Shown: positions 31,434-45,242, numbered from the stretch's first letter. The stretch: 64,000 bases of DNA from the human T2T-CHM13v2.0 reference genome, Homo sapiens (GCF_009914755.1 NC_060925.1); one strand, 5' to 3'. Notes: generated by a model not told the origin, from the letters alone. Numbers and translations: made by a program.

Positions 31434-31494
31434 ATGCATCTGCTACAAAAAGTTATGAGAATCTTGCTGCTGAGATTATGCCAGTGGAATATAG
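31434..31494 (+). CDS. HOOK1: HOOK1 exon 14: (D)ASATKSYENLAAEIMPVEY(R); contains the LAAEI Spindly-like motif
   Basis: tttAG/GTAAA; 61 nt, phase 1-2. Confidence 0.95.
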
Positions 31495-32636
31495 GTAAAT
31501 TTGTTTCATAATTTGATAGAATTATATTTAATATTATAATTTTTTTGTTTTTTGTAAATGTCTTGGCCTTTAAAAACTTATTTTATGACTCATAGAGCTG
31601 AAAATTACTGTTTGATCTACTTAAACTTTCTAAATCATATTATTATTGCTACCACAACAATTTAAAATTTTATCAGAAGTAAAATTTCACAAACCCGTTG
31701 AATAACATATTTTAGTTTTTATAATATGACATGACCCCCATGTGCTATGTTATAATTGCTTTAACTAGGGAGATTTAAGTATATACTTTAAAGTTAGGAA
31801 ATTATTAGAAAACAAAAATCAATATGATTTCACAAGCCTTTGATGGGAGAAGTGGTGAATGTATAAAGGGAGAAAAGTTACTTATCTTGCTTAGTGGGGA
31901 GTCAATCATTAACTTAAAATTAGTAATTTAAAAAATAGCCATATGAGCTTTTTTTTTAAGAGTTATACTATTGGCATTCAGAAGAACAAAAATTGAGATT
32001 ACTTGAAATTAGTTGCTTTTGAAGAATGGGATTTGGCAGGGGAACAACTAAGGGAGAGTATTACCTCCCTATTTAATACAAATAATATTAACATCAATAA
32101 TATTAATAAAAAGTTGCATTTTTTAAAAGTACATGTAAATCTTTAATAAAATTTTTTTCAGAAACAAAAGATCTAGAAACTTTCTTATTGCCATTATAAG
32201 GTATATATTAAAATTTTGCTCAAACTATAGTTTCTTAAATCTATTGCTTTTCTTTTATGTGTTTTCTAAGCATATACTATTTGTTTCCTTTAGCGAATAG
32301 TTTCTAAATTACCAAAGTAATATAATTTCTATTATCTCTTCAGGAATGGCATAATAACAATTTAATGATTTATAGCATAATCTTATATGGTACCTATAAA
32401 ATTTGACTGCTTTTTTTTAAAGGCACAGTCTTGCAGTTTACATAATTTTTTCTTAAACACTTTCAGAAGCTTTTGTTGGAGTTTAAGAGTTTCATACCCT
32501 ACCAGCTATGCTAGCTGGTCCTGCTTGCATCTTAAAATGGTAGCTATTGAGTGGACAGGAATTTCCTTTTTTTAACTAAAGAATATAATGACTCATATTT
32601 TTAAAAATTAAAAAAGATTTTGCTTTGTAACATCAG

Positions 32637-32777
32637 GGAGGTGTTTATTCGACTGCAACATGAAAATAAGATGCTTCGCTTACAGCAAGAAGGCTCTGAG
32701 AATGAACGTATTGAGGAACTTCAGGAGCAGCTAGAACAGAAACACCGTAAAATGAATGAACTGGAAACTGAGCAGAG
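32637..32777 (+). CDS. HOOK1: HOOK1 exon 15: (R)EVFIRLQHENKMLRLQQEGSENERIEELQEQLEQKHRKMNELETEQ(R)
   Basis: atcAG/GTGAT; 141 nt; conserved RLQHENKML. Confidence 0.95.
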
Positions 32778-33039
32778 GTGATATGCTCCTTAGTAACTGA
32801 AAATCTTGGTGATTTTATTACCGAGCCATAAAATCTTGATTCACAGAAATGGAAAATATTATTGTAGCTAAAGTAATTAGAATTACCTAGAAATAGTTTA
32901 ATATTTTTGTTAGTAGTCTTTCATCACTATAAGCTTCTCTCTGTGAAAGAAGTCAGGTGATTCATTTCAGTTATATTTATAAAATATATGGATAATCCAT
33001 TAATTTCAGCATTCTTGGTTAACCAGGCTACTTATTCTT

Positions 33040-33661
<622 letters not shown>

Positions 33662-34355
33662 ACCAGGCTACTTATTCTTGAATTTCATTTAGATATGTTC
33701 ACAATTCAGAAAGTTTGACAAATGAATAAATGACAGTTTGGCTTTCTACTGAAGTCTAGTGCATAGATAAGATCTAGATTGTGGAATCAAATTTAAATCC
33801 CACTTCTAATTTAACTTATTAACTGTTTCTGGACAAGTTACTTAAACTTACACTCAGTGTCTTCAGGTGTAAATACAAGTTGTTAGGAAGACTGCAGATA
33901 ATGAGCTTAAAGCAAATGATGTGCTTATGTGGTATCAATGAAGTGCTCAAAACTTATTATATGCTTTTCTAAGTACTTTTTTGCTATTAACTCAGTAAAT
34001 CCTCATAATAACTCTATGAAATAGTAACCATGTAGTAACCAATAGCTCTTTTTCTATGGATAAGGAATATGGATACAGAGAAGTTAAATAACATACCTAA
34101 AGTTATACACCTAGTAGTTCTGGATCCTCCATAATGAACTCTCTGTCAATCTGATTACTGAGTCTTTACTCCTAACTACTATGGTAACTTCCCTGTTATA
34201 AATGGTGTACTTACTATAAGGGTATTTGGATTTATTTAACCTTTATTGAATCCTAGACACCAACAGAAATTTTAGACATACTTGAATCTTACCTTTCTCA
34301 AACTTGTGTGTATAAGGTTACATAAACGGTGGTTAAAAGAAGAATAACAATTTAG

Positions 34356-34536
34356 TTTTCTAAAGAGACCATTAAATATTACTATTTTATTCAGTTCAAT
34401 ACCAGTTGTTAGCACTTTTCTGAAGAGACCATTAAATATTATCATCTTACTCAGTTCAATACCAGTTGTTAACACTTTTCTGAAGAGACCATTACATATT
34501 ACTATCTTATTCAGTTCAATACAAGTTGTTAGCACT
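34356..34536. repeat. Minisatellite, 3 x 60 bp
   Basis: unit TTTTCTGAAGAGACCATTAAATATTACTATCTTATTCAGTTCAATACCAGTTGTTAGCAC, a few substitutions per copy. Confidence 0.95.
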
Positions 34537-35232
34537 GGGGAAATCATTTAAGCTTTTAAGGAATTAACATAGGAAAGCAGACATGTAAATAGATAATTGC
34601 TATATTATGTGATAACTGCAACAGTGGAATATTATAGCAGGCAGGTGAGTGTGTATGTGTGGATACACATAGAGGGAGAGGGAGATACTAACTCTTGCTA
34701 GTAACTTCCAGTGGAAGTAACTCTTAAGCACAGTTTTAAAGAATGAGATTTTGCCACATTAGAATCTGAGTTAGTTGCTAGTGGCACTCCCTTTAATTTA
34801 AATTTAAAAAAACTTGTGGAAATGATTGGAAAATGGTGACCTTCCTCTTCCAATACGCTGTGAAATCTGAAACAGAAGATGGAAATCTAGTTTTCATTCA
34901 TTAAAAATACAACTGTAGAAAAATTGAGCTGGTTTTCTGATTTTTCTACCAGTGAGTGCGGTGTAGAAATTTTTTGCCACCGACATTTAAGTTCCTTAAA
35001 ATTTTAAATGTAGGCATATATACTTTCAGGAAAAAAGTTTTCTTTTAAAAAGTATTTTCTTAGAAGTAGCCTGCCCTACTTCATATTGTACCTAGGCACA
35101 GATAATTATTCCGCATTTGTCATTGCTATAAAAATATTTTTTACTTAAATTGCTAACTGAATGTACCTTTGTAGATCCTTAACTGCTTTGACTTTCAATA
35201 CAAGTAAATGCTTATGACCCATCTTACAATAG

Positions 35233-35326
35233 GCTGAGCAAAGAGCGTATTAGAGAATTGCAGCAGCAGATTGAGGACCTCCAGAAATCTTTACAGGAAC
35301 AAGGTTCCAAGTCTGAAGGCGAAAGT
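35233..35326 (+). CDS. HOOK1: HOOK1 exon 16: (R)LSKERIRELQQQIEDLQKSLQEQGSKSEGES
   Basis: aatAG/GTAAG; 94 nt. Confidence 0.95.
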
Positions 35327-37079
35327 GTAAGTAACTTAGAAATTATAATAATTCTGCTGTGTATGGCTTTTCTTTAATAGATCATGATGTCCAAATTAAT
35401 CTTGTATTGGAAAGTACAGCCCTTATCATTGAGAATACCCTTAAATACCGTATATATCTGCATAATAGATGCAGTGATTTTGCCAACTTGGAGCCTGTCA
35501 GTTGATCATCTACATTGGAAGGTGATTTCTGTCTGTCCTGCTTCAACAGCTATACCAAAGTTCGTGATAATTCTTAATCATCATTCAACATCATTTAGCA
35601 GCTATACCAAAGTTCATGATGATTCTTGATTGAGAGCATACTACAATTGAGGCCTTCATAGTTCTGCTGGAATTCCAACAGGGCTGGCCTGAGAAAAATC
35701 CAAATGAGAGTAATTAGCAGTCAGAATTGAGGAAACCTTCTAATAGGAAAAGAGAGAATGGGAAAATGATTTCTACCTAAAGAGCATGCCAAAAATGGAT
35801 TATACCCGTCTCTGAAGGACAGAAACTTTAATGCAGCCTTGGAGGCATCACTCATTTCTTTCTCCTTCCTTAATGATTCATGGCCTTACCGTTTTCTGAT
35901 GGATTTTGACAGCAGCTACTGTGAGAGCAGAGATAAGAGGATTTAAAAGAGATCAAACTTAGCCAAAATCTGACTATACCTAGCAACTTTTCTACAGTTT
36001 GATCTTTTTATGTGAAGAGAAAAAGAAGTAATGATTGAGGGATTGTTGTACTTAATTAAAAATAACAAGAAAAAAGGACTAGATATGTGTTAGGGATATC
36101 TTGATTGATTGAGATTAGATAAAATGCTAGGTGATTATACCTGTGTTGATGGGGGAGGAAACTTTGCAGAGTAAAGAGATGAAAAGGAAAATTGAAAGAG
36201 TTGCATTTTCTTTCTGTCTTTTATGTGCTTTATATTATTTTCTTTTTTTTTCCCTGGGGGCTTGGAAAATAGAAATCGTCTCATGCATGGCGGCATCTCA
36301 TATGTGCATATATACGGTATTGTAACTTCTCTAATACAAATATTATTTTAAGCCATACTAGAGAATACTTTTAAAATGAGGTATTTTGCAGGGAGCACAT
36401 TTTGGCTGGCAGTGTTTTAAAGATAAATGTCTTTATTATTTTAATATATTGGTATCCAACTTGTATTTCAGATTATATATTTTAAATACTTCACCTATAC
36501 AATAGATGCGGAACGACTATTGCAATTTAAAGTACTGTTTTTTAAAAGAGGAAATTGTATGTTTAAAATTTTGCTTTTTAACAATATTCAGTTGCTTCAT
36601 TTTGGTGTTAGTTATTAAAGTATTTACAACTATAATAAAATTTTATTATAAAGATAATTATTTTAGATCTTTAAGTTTGTTCCTCATAAGAGGCCCAAAA
36701 TCTTAAAATTTTTATTCTGAATAAATGATTTTTAAAATATTTTAATGTTTGATACTCCTCAGTATATCACATTCAGCTTGCATTTGGTGTTTTTCAAGTT
36801 CAGATTTAATTTTTATTACATTCAGAAACATGAGGCATTTTTCTTTCTGTTTTTGTACCTTTTTATATTTCATTTTCTATTTTTCCTTTCCTTTTTGAAG
36901 TAAAAAAAGAACCTAAAAAGTTTATGCTTCTTAAAGTGTGTTATTGGAAATACAAATTTTAAAAATATTTATAATTTTGCCTGGTACACCTTCAAAAGGA
37001 GGTAAAGAGATTTCGATGTCTGGAAAATTGACCTTTGTCAAGATAGTCATCTTACAGCAATTTTTTTTAAATTTTATAG

Positions 37080-37114
37080 TCCAGCAAATTAAAGCAGAAG
37101 TTGGAAGCTCATAT
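37080..37114 (+). CDS. HOOK1: HOOK1 exon 17 (35-nt small exon): SSKLKQKLEAH(M)
   Basis: tatAG/GTAAG; phase 0-2, required to keep the frame. Confidence 0.93.
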
Positions 37115-37440
37115 GTAAGTAAAACTGATATTTCTTTTCAAATATGAGAAGGGAGGGGTTGTAAAAGCCTCTAAAGTTAATCTCCTTTTCGGATTTTGTC
37201 TAGAAAAGCAAATATCCTGATGCTAATTGATACACCTGCTGCAAAAGTGAAAAGCATGCTAAAGATTCAGCCTCCCTACTACCCCCGTTCCAAACTCCTA
37301 CATCTTTCCATTGTTAATATCATTTGAAAAGTTTAAAAAAACAGATTAACTATCACAACTAGATTATATGGGATGTTAAACCTATAAAATATTTTACTTT
37401 CTTAGGAAGCAAGGGTGGCAAGGGAAATAATTTAACCTTT

Positions 37441-37608
37441 TTGGCACCTGCCGTGTGCCTGACTGTTTACATCCTCATGACAACCCCTGCAGTCATGCAG
37501 ATAGTATTCCCATTTCACAGATGAGGAACCAAGGGTCAGAAAGCAACTTGCCCAAGGTCCACAAATGTTATATGGCAGAGACCAGTCTCCATGCTTTTTC
37601 TACCACTT
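37441..37608 (-). mobile_element. MIR SINE abutting the exon 18 acceptor
   Basis: CCCATTTCACAGATGAGGAACCAAGGGTCAGAAAGCAACTTGCCCAAGGTC MIR core. Confidence 0.85.
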
Positions 37609-37610
37609 AG

Positions 37611-37693
37611 GGAAAAACTCACAGAGGTCCATGAAGAATTACAGAAGAAACAAGAACTCATTGAAGATCTTCAGCCAGATATAAATCAAAATG
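37611..37693 (+). CDS. HOOK1: HOOK1 exon 18: (M)EKLTEVHEELQKKQELIEDLQPDINQN(V)
   Basis: cttAG/GTAGG; 83 nt, phase 2-1. Confidence 0.94.
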
Positions 37694-38319
37694 GTAGGTA
37701 TCTGTGAAAACTTGGATCAGACAACAGTATATCTAAGGACTTACCCTTTTTTATTGAAGGATCCAAGGTCTATGTGTAAGTTTTTGCACAATGTGTAGAT
37801 ACATATATTGTAAATAAGGACTATGATAATTTTTAGTGCTGAAGTCATTAATAAAAGATATATTATTAAAGCAAAAAATCTAATAAAATGAATTGATGGA
37901 TATATGGGAGTATCAAACATTAAAAAATAAGATTAATCTGGAAATGTGGGTAAAAATGATTTCAAATCAGATTGATATAAACTTTAAAACATTGTGTAGA
38001 AATGCTTTATTTTTCTTGTGGTTGTGCTTACTGTAAGGTATATTTGCTATTTATACTTGATAGAAAGGAGAAAAAGAACTAAATAAAGCAGATTGTAGAT
38101 ATTTTTAAGGGTCAAATAATAAATGATTGAGAATGTGTTGGTTGTATTTCAAAACTTTTAGATAAGAATTCACTACAAAGAATAAATAACAGGCTTTTCT
38201 TTTAAGTTATCGTCTTTAGAAAATAAATATTATAAATATAATTTTATGTGAGGATGAAGTATTTTAATAGGTAGTAAATATTAATAACTGATTATGCTTC
38301 ATTTTATTTTTACTAATAG

Positions 38320-38420
38320 TACAAAAGATCAATGAACTTGAAGCTGCTCTTCAGAAGAAAGATGAAGATATGAAAGCAATGGAGGAAAGATATAAAATGT
38401 ACTTGGAGAAAGCCAGAAAT
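38320..38420 (+). CDS. HOOK1: HOOK1 exon 19: (V)QKINELEAALQKKDEDMKAMEERYKMYLEKARN
   Basis: aatAG/GTGAG; 101 nt. Confidence 0.96.
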
Positions 38421-38899
38421 GTGAGTGACTTATCTTTCGGAGCTCAAGACTTTGTGGCCTGTGTTTTAGCAAGGCTCATTTCACTGGATTTTTCTGCCAT
38501 TCTTGTATCTGTATCTAATCACTTCTCTCTTAACTGTATTGCCTTACCTGTCAGGTTTCCGTAGTATTTCCCAATCAGTTCTCATACTCTTAGTCTCACT
38601 CATCAGTGTCAGATAAAATAGGCCATAGCTAATAGGGACTGTTTAGACAGACTGTCGTGATGTCAGAGAGAGTGATGGCTATAATGTATGGAATCTTTAG
38701 TTCTTGGCAAAATAAGCCCAGAATTCTTATTTGCTAGAATCTTTGCAAATTTTCTAAGAATACAATTTTTCTAGAAACAGCAAAATGGATATTTTATCTT
38801 TTGTAAAAGTTTAGCTTTTTAAATGTATTTGAAATTGTTGTAGCATTTAGTTTGAGATTAGATAGTTAAACGCTTTTCAAATGTTCATCACACTCAAGG

Positions 38900-39170
38900 T
38901 TTAAAAAGGTAGAGGTTTACTTCATAGTCACATTGAGTCCAATCATAAATGGGGAAGGGGCACTTCTCCATGTAGTCATTCAGAGTCCTAAGCTGACAGA
39001 GGCTCTGCCTTCTTCAGCATAGGGATCCCAGGTTCACTTGACCTTGTCCAACTAGGTCAAATGAAGAAAGACAGCCTAGATTGCATAGGAGATATGTAAT
39101 GGGCGAGGCCTGAAAACAGCATAAATCACTTTCACTCCCACTTTGGAGCGCAGGCATGTGACCACACTAC
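38900..39170. mobile_element. Old MaLR (MLT1-type) LTR fragment
   Basis: GTCATTCAGAGTCCTAAGCTGACAGAGGCTCTGCC motif; degraded. Confidence 0.45.
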
Positions 39171-40697
39171 ATTTATGGAACAGACTTTGCAAAAGTAAAA
39201 TAATGCCTACATAATACTTAGTTGTGTGGGATATAACAGAGTTTACTTAAGCATTATCCTACTATTGGAAATAATCTGTATTCATTTCCTTTTCCTTTTT
39301 TGCTCCTATAAATAAGACTATAGTCAACATAATTATACAGAAAGCTTTCTCTTTATTTTGGTTTATTATCTTAACCTTATTTCCTAGAAATGGAAGTATT
39401 GGGTCATAGGATAAGACCATAAGATGCCTGATATGTATTTCTAAATGACATTTTAAGAGGACTATAACTAATTGAACAAAACCATGACAATGAATACCAC
39501 ATTTTTGCCACCATTGATTAATATCATTTAAAAGACAGTTGCTTGCTTTCATAAATATGATTTTTTTTCCCATTACCTTATTTGGGGCAAGAGGTTTAAA
39601 TAATGGTTAAGATACTGGCTAAAGTAATAACATGTCCTTGTAGAAAATTCAGAAAATATACAAATCACAACCATTTATCACTTAGAGATAATAAACTATG
39701 ATTTGCTCTTTGTAATTAAATTGATATAAATTATTCAATGTATTCTGCTTTTATGGTGTGCATTCCATGAGGGTAGGCACCATGTCTCCAATAAATTGCT
39801 GAATCCTCATCTGCCAGTATCTACCACACAGTTGTCACTCAATAAATGATTTTTGGATGAATGAAGGAGCCACAATAGTATTTTGGTATTTTACCATCCA
39901 GTCTTCTTCTTTTTCCTCTATAAATGTAGATGAAGTTTTCCTAACTCATTAAATAATTTTAAATATTTTTAATAGTTTTATAATTACATCATGCAGATGT
40001 CCCTGTTTGAAATTTATGGTTTTTGCTTGAAATATATTCTTGACATTTCTGAATTGGTTTTCTAACAGATTGCTATCTCCATAGTTTAGCTGAATCTCTT
40101 TACTACATTCTGGTCAAACATATCTTTTTACTCAATTTTTAGTAATAACATAAATGCGATTCAGCACCCTACCTTTTGCAAATAAAATCACCAGCATTTA
40201 TTATATTGATCTTATATATTGAATTACACTTGACTGGATAATAATAGTAAAAAAGATTATTGCTAAGAATTTCTTCTGTGTGTTGTTCTTACTTTATAAA
40301 ATCAATGTTTCCTTAGAGTTATTGAATTCATTTTGATTTTTTTAAAAATTCTCAAGTCAAATAAATACAGAAAGGATTATTTCAAGACTTTAATGCCTAA
40401 AGTTTGAGTATTGAAAAGGCTAAATAACTATTTCCATGTACTGAGCCTTGGAGAAGGGAAATTTGTTTTTGGAATGGGGACATTTATATTTTTGTACTGA
40501 ATTTTTGTACTGTTTCTTGTATATAGAATGAGTTATTTTTGTTATCCCAATTAGGATTGTAAAACAAGCTACAGTTAGCTCTTGGATGACTTTGTGGATT
40601 ATTTTCCACCTTACTTACACAGTTTTTGTAAGATATGTTCTATATGTTTTAATACTTTAAAATATAAAGTGAACATAGTATTTTTTTCTTTAAACAG

Positions 40698-40799
40698 GTA
40701 ATAAAAACTTTGGATCCCAAGTTAAATCCAGCATCAGCTGAAATAATGCTACTAAGAAAGCAGTTGGCAGAGAAAGAGAGAAGAATTGAGATTCTGGAG
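40698..40799 (+). CDS. HOOK1: HOOK1 exon 20: VIKTLDPKLNPASAEIMLLRKQLAEKERRIEILE
   Basis: aacAG/GTAAA; 102 nt. Confidence 0.95.
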
Positions 40800-41594
40800 G
40801 TAAAACTTTTATATTTACTCATCTTTTAGTTATTTTGTAGAATCCTGGTAATTAACTGCTGTCATATATTTGTCATTAATGATCAAGTTTTACAAGAAGT
40901 TAAAAATGTCATGTTTTAGCACCCAGTGTGTTTATTACAAAGCATCTCACTGGCCGCCCAATAGATGCTCTGTGTGTAGCTCATATACCCTGTTTATATG
41001 CAGCGTTGTAGTTGTAGCTCTTCTTGTCAATAACAGGCATTATATGGCTATCCCTGACTTTCTAATAGAGACCTGCTATAATGTTTCTTTTAAAATTATG
41101 CAAATATGATTTCATCTGGGGGATATAAACCTGACCTTTACCGTTTAAAAAAGATACTGTGTTGATTCAGTCAATCACATTTTTCTTGTCTTCAGCCGTT
41201 TCTCACCTGAACCTAAACAAACTTATTAATAGTGGAATTTCTGGGAGAAGGAAGTACTCACAGAATTCCAGTGAACTCCTGAACTAAAGTGGAATTCTTA
41301 GTTATTAATCATGCAAAATTATATTAGTAATGGCATGCTCTCATCAATTAGCTGAGTCTTTAAATTTTAAAGATATTTTTGTGTTAGTGGTTATATTATT
41401 TTTATGAGCCTTAGGTAAGTATGTCACTATGGAATTCTGTATTCTTAGATTTATAATTGAGCACGTTCTGGTTTCCTTTGCAAAGTGTTTTACAAAGCTA
41501 CTGTATTTAATACTGTAGTGAGATTTGATGCTATTCTTGAAGTAAATATATACTTCCTTTTAATAACATATGCATAATTGCAGAGCCATATTGA

Positions 41595-41939
<345 letters not shown>

Positions 41940-43489
41940 GTATTCAGTTTCTTTTTAAATCATCTAGGAATGTTATATTTCAAAGAAATGCACTCTATTT
42001 ATGTGCCTTTTTCTTGGTATTTGAGCAAGTAGGTATGAACTGTGGTAGAAATATTTTTATTTAAAGACTTAAAGACTTTAACACCCCCTCCTCCCTACAT
42101 CCATAGTACAACACCATTCTTCCTACATCCATAGTACGACACCAACCCGATACGCCCTTGCTATCAGTGCTTGTCCAGGCTATGTTGTGTGTTCTCAAAA
42201 GCACTGGGTAGGGAGATCTGTCTGAAGAAATGCTATTCTTGAAATTCTAAGTCAAATATCTCTTTATTAAACTTTCCCTGTATTCCTTAGGGGAGGTTTA
42301 ATACTGTCTCACTCTCCACACTGAGTCCATGTACTTCAAACTCATGAATTTATTCCACAACAGCATTGGTTTTCTTTTTGGTACATGTGGACGTGTCTTG
42401 AGGGCAAAGCCTATCTTTTATCTCTGTACCCCTAACATTAAATATTACATAAATCAGAGGCCAGGGTTGCAGCATTATTAGTAACTTCTTGTCTTAAAAT
42501 AGTTACTTCTCCTCTCTGGCTCACCATCTTCTCATCTATAAAATGGTGAGACTGGGATTGGATAATCGCTGACATCTAAGTTGCTCTGTTTATGTCCCAG
42601 TGAAAGTCAGTGAAAATATACACCATCATTGATGTTTGAAATGTACATCCCCAACAGATATGATGAGAAAATAGTCCCTGTAACTATAAGACTCTGAGGA
42701 AAAGCTTAGGTTAAGTCACAGCACATGGGCATTTAATTTGTGCGTATTCATCTAGACACACACTGCAAAAAGTAAAAAGGAGAAATGTAATGTAAATAGC
42801 AGGGGCTGTTCTATCTGCCATCCCTCTGGGAATTCTGTGCCTGGAGTGAATGTGAGTCTGAAGAAGGGCATCACCTCTCTTTTGGGCTTGGTTCTTATAT
42901 ACTTTTTGTATCATGAACATCCTATGTATCAAGATAATAGTACTTATATAAACCAAACTATATCTGGTACTCAAGAAAAGTATGTCAGTCTCTGTGATGG
43001 CACATAAATACGGCTATGGAATCTAGTACACAGACCACCAACAATTAAGAGAGAAAAATTTGTATTAAACTTTATAGGCAACTTAAAAAGATTTTTCCAG
43101 TTATTTTTGACTATGTCCTCTTTCTCCTTAGTTTTGACCCCTCCACGGGTGCAGCTCTGTTTCGTTTACCTAAGCCACTCGTTACTTTTTTCTCTAGATA
43201 TGGTGGGCAGTAGCCTTAAAATCACTAGTTGTGTATATGTATGTTTAAATCATTCTCTTCTACCTGTAAATTTCTTGAAATAAAGGTTTATTAGTCACAA
43301 ACCTTATTCTTTCCTAAAGGTGTTGGGCATGCATTTGTGCTTGATTCAGTTTACATTTGACTACATTGTGTGCCTCACAAGTGCAATCTTTAGATTCTCT
43401 CAATAATGAACATAGTGAAGAAATTATTCTATCTTTAGTAATTTGGGGTAATTTCTGGGATTTTAATTGTTCTCATATCTTTTTTCCAG

Positions 43490-43558
43490 AGTGAATGCAA
43501 AGTAGCAAAATTCTGTGATTATGAAGAAAAACTCATTGTTTCTGCGTGGTATAATAAG
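43490..43558 (+). CDS. HOOK1: HOOK1 exon 21: SECKVAKFCDYEEKLIVSAWYNK
   Basis: tccAG/GTGAG; 69 nt; Hook-family EEKxIVSAWYN motif. Confidence 0.95.
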
Positions 43559-44725
43559 GTGAGCTGAAGTTCAGCAAATGATTGGATGAGAACGGTGTTT
43601 AAGCAAACTTTTTTTTGACCAAGTACAACATAAGAAAATATATTTTATCTTATACCATAAACCAAGACATAGCATGTTTATGTATATGACTGAAACAAAA
43701 GTTACCCTGTGTATTGCACTCAGATATTTTGTCATATTCTCCTTTAATGTTGATTCTAATCCACTAACTTGATATTGTGACTCATCAGCCTTTAGCTGAT
43801 ACGTATTGAAGCACAGGTGTAATAATTCATAAACCTTTTTAAAATTGCCTTATTTGAGCTGAAACACTCAATTTTTGCCCATAAAAGGTTTCTGAAGAAA
43901 TATGAAGATCTGTGTAATGCAAAATTAAATGCTTCTAGTTACTCAGTATTTATTTTAACATCCTCTAAAGCCTCAGTGTGTCCTTTACTGTATTTATTAC
44001 TTTATTTTTTTTATCCAGGGGTTACTCTTCCTATTTGTCTCTTTGTACTACCAAGGAGAAAATAGCATAGTTTGAAATGTGTTTTATTTTGTCATTGGTA
44101 GTATCAGTAGGATATTTTCAAGAGTAGCATTTCATGATGTATATGGTTCTTTTGCATTATTCTAGTCAGCCAGAATAGGCTATTATCTACTTTTATCTCT
44201 TATTTATACAAAGGCATATCACTTTATAAACTTCCCATGTGTGAATGCTGTGCTCCACCAGAAAGCACTAGTTATTCTTCCTGAAACATGGCTCATGCTT
44301 TCATGACACCATGCTTTTCATCTGAGCTCTTTCCTTTCTTCTGTTGGGTAAAATATTGCTTAAAGGGCCCTGAAGGAAATTATGTGTGAGGTATTCTCAG
44401 AACTTTCTCTCATGAGTCAGTCATCCTAGTTGAGATCAGTGACTGTGTATTATTTATTTGTTCTTCCATGACCTCTTGATACATAAATCAGTGAAGATAT
44501 TGTAGCCAGGTAGTCCATGATTGATTCATTTTTTTCAGCCTATATTTGTTGAGCATCTAATATCCATGTACTGTACTAGTTACTAGTGATGCTAAGTTCA
44601 GTAAAATTGTGTTATGTGGTCTAGTGGGAGAGTAATGACTTCCCTTATAAGAAACTCAACAGCCAAAATATGGTAATTTATCAGGTATCAATATTGAGAT
44701 AGACTATAGTAAATTTAATCTATAC

Positions 44726-44901
44726 TGGTGGTTCTTAAACATTAACTTGCCTCAGAAGACTTGTTAAAACACAAATTGCTAGACGCACTGGCAGAACTTC
44801 TGATTCAGTAGGTCTGGGTAAGGCCCCTAAATTTGTATTTTTAACAAATTCCCAGGGATGCTAATCTTGTTAATCCGGGGACCACCCTTCAAGAACCTTT
44901 G
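44726..44901. mobile_element. MER5A-like hAT-Charlie element
   Basis: GTGGTTCTTAAAC...TTCTGATTCAGTAGGTCTGGG...GGACCACCCTTCAAGAACC. Confidence 0.75.
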
Positions 44902-45242
44902 ATCTAAGCCATTCTGTTGTGACATGTCTGCTCATAGGTGGTACGGTGATGGCCCAAACACAAAAATTTTTATAATTAAGTCTAATTCCAGGCCATTCTT
45001 TTAAGTTACTGTTTTAAATAATTTTAAATTTAGTGATTAAATAGAGAAAATGGATTTTGTGCCTTCTTACTAGCATTACCATTTCATAGATTAATCAGCT
45101 TCTGAACCCTTATTTTCTATAAAAATGAGGAAAGCCTTAGCTTTATAGGTTGGTTTTAAGGATTAAGTGTCTTTATGTGAGAAGCACTCGGCAAACTCTG
45201 TTTAGTCATGTTAAATAAAAAATATATGTTTTTTTTTTTCAG

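Noticed and set aside
35176-35183. TCCTTAAC (U12 branch-point consensus) upstream of exon 16
   Set aside because: It lies ~50 nt from the AG, too far for a typical U12 intron, and the donor is GTGATA rather than RTATCCTT
34356-35630. Repeat/spacer-like patterns as a possible CRISPR-type array
   Set aside because: Eukaryotic intron; the 60-bp units are contiguous with no unique spacers, the 32-bp repeat has only two copies, and there are no cas genes
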